Positions 58,605-64,000 of a stretch of 64,000 bases of DNA are shown one piece after another. Positions within the stretch are counted from its first letter, which is position 1; each line of letters starts with the position of its first letter. Both the position numbers and the translations under genes were made by a program. This DNA comes from Planctomycetota bacterium (GTDB taxonomy: Bacteria > Planctomycetota > B15-G4), in assembly GCA_965248575.1 (NCBI GenBank), contig CBDFJQ010000002.1:480001-544000 (forward strand), in the 5' to 3' direction. Under the pieces are notes generated by a model, which was given only the letters and a program-made list of their open reading frames with translations, was not told the DNA's origin and ran no database searches.

Positions 58605-59476
58605 ACGACCCCAGTCGAGTGTCCGGTGCGTGCGGTTGGATGGACGGCGAGATTCTACCCGTCGACGAGGTTCGGCTCTCGGCCTTCGACCGTACTTTGC
58701 TGTACGGCCTGGGCGCCTTCGAGACCGTGCGCCTGTTCGGCGGCACGGCCTACCTGCTGGATCGCCACATGACGCGCCTGGTGCAATCGCTCCAGGCGGT
58801 GGGTTTGAATGTGCCGGAATCGGTTGGGCAGATTGCGGAGGGTCTGAAGCAGCTGGCCGGGGCCAACGAGAGCCCCGACTGCATTGCGCGCATCACGGTC
58901 ACGGCGGGCACCTCCGCTGATGCGGGGTCAGCGGACCGGCACGTGATCATGGCCCTGCGCCCGGTGGCCTCGACGCAGGGGCGGGTGGTTGTAGGCGTGG
59001 CCGAGTTCGCGCACGACATTCGCTCCCCGCTGGTCGGGGTGAAGTCCACCAGCTACCTGGTGCACTACCTGCTCCGTGAGCGGGCCGAGGCGGCAGGACG
59101 GACCGACGATCTCATGGTGGACACCGTGGGGCACATCTCCGAGGCCACCGTGGCCAATGTCTTCTGCGTGCGGGAAGGGCGTCTGGTGACACCTCCGCTG
59201 AGCGAGGGGATCCTCGCGGGTGTCACCCGGGCGCGGGTGCTCGAGCTGGCGCGGGAACTCGGGCTCGAAGTCTCGGAGGAAGCGCTCCATCGTGACGACC
59301 TGCGTATCGTCGACGAGTGCTTCCTGACGGGATCAGGCAAGTGCTTGCTCCCTGTCGATGTCTTGGAGGAACGCGCGTTGCCGACGGCGCGGCCCGTGGC
59401 GGATGCCCTGCGTGATGCCCTTCGGAAGGATATTGCCGAGCGCTGTGACGTGTCTGAGGCGAGCATCTTGTTCTAG
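58601..59476 (+). CDS. pabC: Aminotransferase class IV / aminodeoxychorismate lyase
   Basis: YGLGAFET, VKSTSY, EATVANVF, ILAGVTR; GTGA overlap with pabB. Confidence 0.8.
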   Translation: MNDPSRVSGACGWMDGEILPVDEVRLSAFDRTLLYGLGAFETVRLFGGTAYLLDRHMTRLVQSLQAVGLNVPESVGQIAEGLKQLAGANESPDCIARITVTAGTSADAGSADRHVIMALRPVASTQGRVVVGVAEFAHDIRSPLVGVKSTSYLVHYLLRERAEAAGRTDDLMVDTVGHISEATVANVFCVREGRLVTPPLSEGILAGVTRARVLELARELGLEVSEEALHRDDLRIVDECFLTGSGKCLLPVDVLEERALPTARPVADALRDALRKDIAERCDVSEASILF

Positions 59477-59629
59477 CGCTGACGTCCATCCGTCGCCGCC
59501 AGAGCCTGGAGTGCCTGTCGGGCCAGTAGATCCGGTGGATCGTGGCTGGAAGGCCGGGCTACGATGGTGGGGCCGGAGCTGGCAGCCGACACACATTCTT
59601 TTACGCAACACCCTGCGCCGGAGTTCCCC

Positions 59630-60433
59630 ATGCCTTGGCCAACGCACGATCTGTTCCGCGAGAGTTGGCGCTCCGTGTTCGCTGCGCTTTGCGTGATGTT
59701 CCTCCTGTGCGCCGCGAACCCCGCTGTGGGGGATGGCCCCGAGAAGCTGGCAGAGTCTGCGCTGAAGATGTTCAACAAGGCGCTGTCCGACAAGGATGTT
59801 CCCCGCCTGGAAGAGGCGCTGTCGGACTTCGATGCGGTGTACGAGAAGGTCGCGGAGAAGACCGTCAAGAAGTTCCACAAGGCCTACGGCAAGTTGTTCA
59901 AGTTGGCGCCCCGCCAAGAGCAGCGCGAAGATGGCTCCGACCCCCGCTCGGAACTCCTGGGGGCCTACCAACTCGCGTGTGGCACGGTGTTCGACAAGGA
60001 CGGCGGCCAGGAGATTCTCAAGACCGCCCTGAAGCAGGGCCACGTCAAGCAGTGGCCCGACGCCGAGGCCCTCTTCGTGGAGGCCTTGGGGCACCGTCTC
60101 GAGCCTGAGAACGTGAAGACGATCGCGGGCTACCTGACGGATGAGCAATCGGCTGTGGTGCGGGCTGCCGTGAGTGGCCTAGGACTGTTGTCCGAACAGG
60201 ACGTGGCGGTGCGGCGCTCCGCGTGCAAGCCGCTCATTGATGCCTTCCTGAAGCTCTCGAAGGCCGCCGAAAAGGAGGCGAAGAAGGGCAAGAAGGAGGA
60301 TGCCCAGTCCTTGCTTCTGCGCGTCGAGGGGACCTTCCATGACTCGCTGCTGAAGCTGACGCGCCAACGGCTCGACACCGCCGACGGGTGGGCTGCCTGG
60401 TTCAAGGAGAACGGAGCCGGGGATCGCTGGTGA
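59630..60433 (+). CDS. Exported hypothetical helical (HEAT-like) protein
   Basis: Signal-like N-terminus; VVRAAVSGLG HEAT-like unit; terminal LLKLT...W..WF motif. Confidence 0.7.
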   Translation: MPWPTHDLFRESWRSVFAALCVMFLLCAANPAVGDGPEKLAESALKMFNKALSDKDVPRLEEALSDFDAVYEKVAEKTVKKFHKAYGKLFKLAPRQEQREDGSDPRSELLGAYQLACGTVFDKDGGQEILKTALKQGHVKQWPDAEALFVEALGHRLEPENVKTIAGYLTDEQSAVVRAAVSGLGLLSEQDVAVRRSACKPLIDAFLKLSKAAEKEAKKGKKEDAQSLLLRVEGTFHDSLLKLTRQRLDTADGWAAWFKENGAGDRW

Positions 60434-61002
60434 GTTTCGGACGCTTCCTGCGGGAGAAAATCGTCGAACCGCTGCGGCGGGCTCAGGGGACGCCTGAGTC
60501 CATCGCACGCGGTGGGGCGATCGGCTTGTTCATCGCGCTCACTCCGACGGTGGGGGTGCAGAGTCTCCTGGTGACCGCCGTGGCCGTTCCGATGCGCGCC
60601 AACCTGCCGGTCTCGCTCGTGATGTGTTGGATCACGAACCCCGTCACCTTGATCCCGTTCTACTTCTCGTACTACTGGGTAGGCAGCCTGCTTCTGGGTC
60701 TTCCCCCGGCCGGATATGCACAGATCGGACAGCGGATCTCCGAGCAGTTCGCCATGCTCAATGAAGCGAGTTTCCTGGAGTCCATGAGACCGCTGGGACG
60801 CGAGATCCTCTGGCCCATGTGTCTGGGATCCATGGTCCTGGCCACACTCACAGCCGTGCCGACCTATTGCGTGTTGGTGAGCATCTTTCGCAAGCGGGAG
60901 CTGCTGCGCGCTGCCACCAAGCAGGCGGTCGCCCGGGAAGCCGATCGGCTCGCGACCGTCGAAGAGGGGCCCGCCTCTCCCGCCGATGAGTCGCTCTCGT
61001 GA
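60430..61002 (+). CDS. DUF2062 family membrane protein
   Basis: TPESIARG.AIGLFIALTPTVGVQ, RANLP...WITNPVT. Confidence 0.88.
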   Translation: MSFGRFLREKIVEPLRRAQGTPESIARGGAIGLFIALTPTVGVQSLLVTAVAVPMRANLPVSLVMCWITNPVTLIPFYFSYYWVGSLLLGLPPAGYAQIGQRISEQFAMLNEASFLESMRPLGREILWPMCLGSMVLATLTAVPTYCVLVSIFRKRELLRAATKQAVAREADRLATVEEGPASPADESLS

Positions 61003-62591
61003 GCCCCCCCTCTTCTTCCGACTGCTCTGGGCCTGACGACACCAGTGGGCCCGTAACCCCTGCGAGTGTCGCGCAAGTCGAGGCGCTCGCCGCGCACGTA
61101 CAGGCCCTGGAGGGTGTGAGGCGGCTGCACCTCGACCTGGCCGAGCGCCTGGCTGCCGGTGAGGCACTCAGGGGGCGGGTGGATGAGATGAGTGATGGGC
61201 TGCACGAAGTGCGCGCCGAGCAACGGGAACTCAATCGTCGTCTTGAAGAGGATCGGCTGCGAGCAGACGCCAGGCGCGGGGGCCGGGCTGCGTGGGTCGT
61301 GCTGCTGCTCGTCGCCTTTGGTCTCGGGAGCGTGTGGGCCTGGGAACGTTGGGCTGACGAGGTGCCGCTGTTCAAGTCATGGCGTCGGCAGGGCGCTTCC
61401 TCCACGCAGCGGGCTCTGGCGCAGCGCGTTGCCGCTGACTCGGGCCTCGAGGGACAGCGAGCTGATGACGAGTCCAGAGCCGCGCAGGCGCTAGCACCAT
61501 CGACACCTCGCGCGGCCCCGCCCGGGAGCACGGGAGAGGCCACTACCTACGCTGAGCTGGAGTCACTCCGTCAGCGGGCTGAGTCGGCGGAAGCGCAGCT
61601 GACCTCGGCCCGCAACGAACGCAACAAGCAGCTGGGTGAAAGCAGTCAGCTTCGACAGGCGCTGATCGAAAAACAGATGCAGCTCGACGAAGCCATGAAG
61701 GGTGTCAGTGCTGTCGTGGCGGATGCCCAACTACGTCGAGCGAACGAACCGGTGCGCGTCAGCAGCAGCGTCCAACGCGCGGCGGAGCTTGACCTCAACG
61801 GGTCGGTTCCGCTGGTGACGCGCGTCAACGCCGCCTTGAAGGCTTCCGGGCTTCGGGACCTCAAGGTGGTGGAGGTCGGTTCCATCCAAGCTGGGGCCCT
61901 GAGCGACCTGATCGTGATGGACTCTTCCGAGAATCAGGAGCTGCCGTTGATCCAGAGCATTCCGCGCGCGGAGCTCTCTGAAGAGCGCGGGGTGGTGAGT
62001 CTCGTGTTCACGGAGCACTTGAAGGACCCTGAGTCGCGTTTGGAGGGGGAGGTCATAGGCGGAGCCCCCAGCCTCAATGACCTCCCGGTCCGCGCGTCGG
62101 CCCCAGGCGGACTCTCCTTTGAATTGCCCGAGGGATTGACCGAGGGGGTCGAGCAGTCCGCAGGATCCAACCTGGAGACCATCGCCCCGGAGGGACCAGT
62201 GATTCTCGCTCGGCACCCGCTCCCGAACTGGGACCGGGAAGCTTGGGAACGGGTGGGTGTCGCTGTCCCCCTGGAGTTCATCTCCACCGACGTCGTGGAG
62301 CAGTCCCTGCGCGATCTGCTGGAGATCCACCACTATGAGTTGGTGTCCGTCGGTGGTTTTCAGGCCGGCGAACTGCAGGATGTCGTCCTGCGACAGCTCG
62401 CGCCTGACGGACAGGTGTTGCGCACCTTTCGTGCCCAACGCGGTGTCTTGGAGGAGGAGGGCCCGGAGCTCGTGCTGAGCGGTGGCACCGTCACCGAAGG
62501 CGACCAACAACGGGACTTCTGGCGCGGGCAGAGCCGCCTGCCGCTGCCTGGCTCCAACTATGCGGCGTGGGCGGAGGTGATCGGTGGCTGA
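60999..62591 (+). CDS. Hypothetical bitopic membrane protein with coiled coils and duplicated C-terminal beta module
   Basis: Coiled coil, single TM (WVVLLLVAFGLGSVW), second coiled coil; overlaps both neighbours. Confidence 0.7.
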   Translation: MSPPSSSDCSGPDDTSGPVTPASVAQVEALAAHVQALEGVRRLHLDLAERLAAGEALRGRVDEMSDGLHEVRAEQRELNRRLEEDRLRADARRGGRAAWVVLLLVAFGLGSVWAWERWADEVPLFKSWRRQGASSTQRALAQRVAADSGLEGQRADDESRAAQALAPSTPRAAPPGSTGEATTYAELESLRQRAESAEAQLTSARNERNKQLGESSQLRQALIEKQMQLDEAMKGVSAVVADAQLRRANEPVRVSSSVQRAAELDLNGSVPLVTRVNAALKASGLRDLKVVEVGSIQAGALSDLIVMDSSENQELPLIQSIPRAELSEERGVVSLVFTEHLKDPESRLEGEVIGGAPSLNDLPVRASAPGGLSFELPEGLTEGVEQSAGSNLETIAPEGPVILARHPLPNWDREAWERVGVAVPLEFISTDVVEQSLRDLLEIHHYELVSVGGFQAGELQDVVLRQLAPDGQVLRTFRAQRGVLEEEGPELVLSGGTVTEGDQQRDFWRGQSRLPLPGSNYAAWAEVIGG

Positions 62592-63465
62592 GGTGTCCTT
62601 CAACGACTTCATGAAGCAGTCTGCGCAGCGCGTGGATGAGGCCCTCGACCGTTGGCTCCCCACGGAGTCCCAGTGCGGAGAGCTGGCCGCCGCCATGCGT
62701 CACATCGTGATGAGCGGGGGCAAGCGCTTCCGGCCGGCGCTGGTGTTCTTGGGTTGCCGGGACGTCGGCGGGCGGGATCAAGACGCCCTGGGGGCTGCCG
62801 CGGCGATCGAACTGATCCACGCGTACTCCCTCGTCCACGATGACCTGCCCTGCATGGACGATGCGACATTGCGGCGGGGCAAGCCGTGCGTGCACCTGCT
62901 GTATGGGGAAGCCATGGGAGTTCTGGCCGGGGACGGTTTGCTGACGCTCGCCTTCGAAGTCCTGGCTCGTGGCACGCCGGATGGAGCACCCGTGGGTGCC
63001 ATGGTCGAGGCGCTGGGGCGCGGCGCCGGCTGGGCGGGCATGGTCGGCGGGCAAGTCCTCGATCTGGCAGCGGAGGGTTGCGAGCCCGACCTGGAGCAGG
63101 TCCGCGAGGTCCACTTGGGCAAGACAGCGGCACTCATCTCGGCGTCCCTGCGCATGGGAGCCCTGGTTGGCGGCGGCAGCCCTGGCGATGTGGAACGGCT
63201 CTCTCTCTATGGGCGGGAGATCGGGTTGGCGTTCCAGATCGTGGACGATGTGCTCGACACCGAAGTGGACGCCGAGCAGATGGGCAAGGACACGGGGGCC
63301 GACGCGGACAACGACAAGCTCACCTGGCCCGGCGTGGTGGGAGTGAAGCGCGCTCGAGCCGATGCCCAGCAACTGGTTGACGACGCCCGAGGGCGCGCTC
63401 AGGGAGGTCAGGCGACGGCGCTGCTCGAAGCCCTCGCTGCCAAGATCCTCAGCCGCCGGAACTGA
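62584..63465 (+). CDS. ispA: Short-chain polyprenyl (farnesyl/geranylgeranyl) diphosphate synthase
   Basis: GGKRFRP, ELIHAYSLVHDDLPCMDD..LRRG, GQVLD, KT, FQIVDDVLD. Confidence 0.92.
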   Translation: MAEVSFNDFMKQSAQRVDEALDRWLPTESQCGELAAAMRHIVMSGGKRFRPALVFLGCRDVGGRDQDALGAAAAIELIHAYSLVHDDLPCMDDATLRRGKPCVHLLYGEAMGVLAGDGLLTLAFEVLARGTPDGAPVGAMVEALGRGAGWAGMVGGQVLDLAAEGCEPDLEQVREVHLGKTAALISASLRMGALVGGGSPGDVERLSLYGREIGLAFQIVDDVLDTEVDAEQMGKDTGADADNDKLTWPGVVGVKRARADAQQLVDDARGRAQGGQATALLEALAAKILSRRN

Positions 63466-64000
63466 GCCCGGACGGTCCGCACTCCTGCGGTGGTTCAGGG
63501 TCCCAGCGGCAGGGATAGCAGTAGGCCGCTCCGGACGCGTGGGGCAAGGCCAGGCTGTGGGGGTGGTGCGCGAAGTAACCCGGCGCCCGGTCCACGGGGC
63601 AGTAGTGCGTGACGAGGCTGCGACGCGTAGCGTCGCTGAGGTGCACCGGTGTCCCACCGTGGGCGAGGTCCGCGTGCCAGAGCAGGAGGTCGCCGCGCTT
63701 CGGGCAGAAGCTGCGGCGCTCGAGCCCCAGCTCCGCGGCCTGTTCATGCAGCCAAGCCATCCAGCGGTCGTGTTCGGGGTGGCCCGCTGGCATGCCCTTC
63801 GTGTCGCTGCCCCAGTCAAACTCCGGGAGCCGGTGGCTGCCGACGTAGTACTCGAGTTCGCCGCTGCCCCGCACCACATCCTCCAGCGCCAGCCAGGACC
63901 CCACCAGCTCCATGGGTTTGTCCACGATGACGTAGGCAGTGTCCTGGTGGATGGGCTGCTCCGTGCCGCGCTGGAACGTCAGGGTCTGGAACGCCATCGG
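63449..64000 (-). CDS. Phytanoyl-CoA dioxygenase (PhyH) family Fe(II)/2OG enzyme; N-terminus outside the window
   Basis: QPIHQD, WLALED, GSH, GDLLLWHADLAHGG, RRSLVTHY. Confidence 0.88.
   Translation of the reverse strand, partial: PMAFQTLTFQRGTEQPIHQDTAYVIVDKPMELVGSWLALEDVVRGSGELEYYVGSHRLPEFDWGSDTKGMPAGHPEHDRWMAWLHEQAAELGLERRSFCPKRGDLLLWHADLAHGGTPVHLSDATRRSLVTHYCPVDRAPGYFAHHPHSLALPHASGAAYCYPCRWDPEPPQECGPSGLSSGG

Overview
High-GC bacterial chromosomal window of about 46 genes. A Planctomycetota-like origin is inferred from gene content (many exported HEAT, TPR, sulfatase-like and S8 proteins, alpha2-type glyQS, futalosine pathway). Recognisable genes include fxsA, thiC with an upstream TPP riboswitch, ppx, malQ, mqnE/mqnC, glyQS, ptsP, a ClC channel, xerC, pabB/pabC and ispA. 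There are also two histidine kinases, a response regulator, a GH2-PA14 hydrolase, a DyP peroxidase, an SLC12-like transporter and a large AsmA/DUF748-like protein. I found no rRNA, tRNA, CRISPR array or mobile element. The top finding is a probable selenoprotein that the ORF track splits in two. ORFs 42539-42889 and 42959-44002 share one frame and are separated only by a TGA at 42887-42889. That TGA falls in the redox-motif position of a thioredoxin-like lipoprotein (GCT-U-GNG) and is followed by a SECIS-like hairpin with a GGUCU loop. Other notable items are a TPP riboswitch with an enlarged P5/L5, MalQ fused to an apparently inactive GlgB remnant, a coupled Zn-peptidase/ATP-grasp ligase pair, and a secreted four-repeat protein. 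All family calls come from motif recognition by eye; no searches were run.
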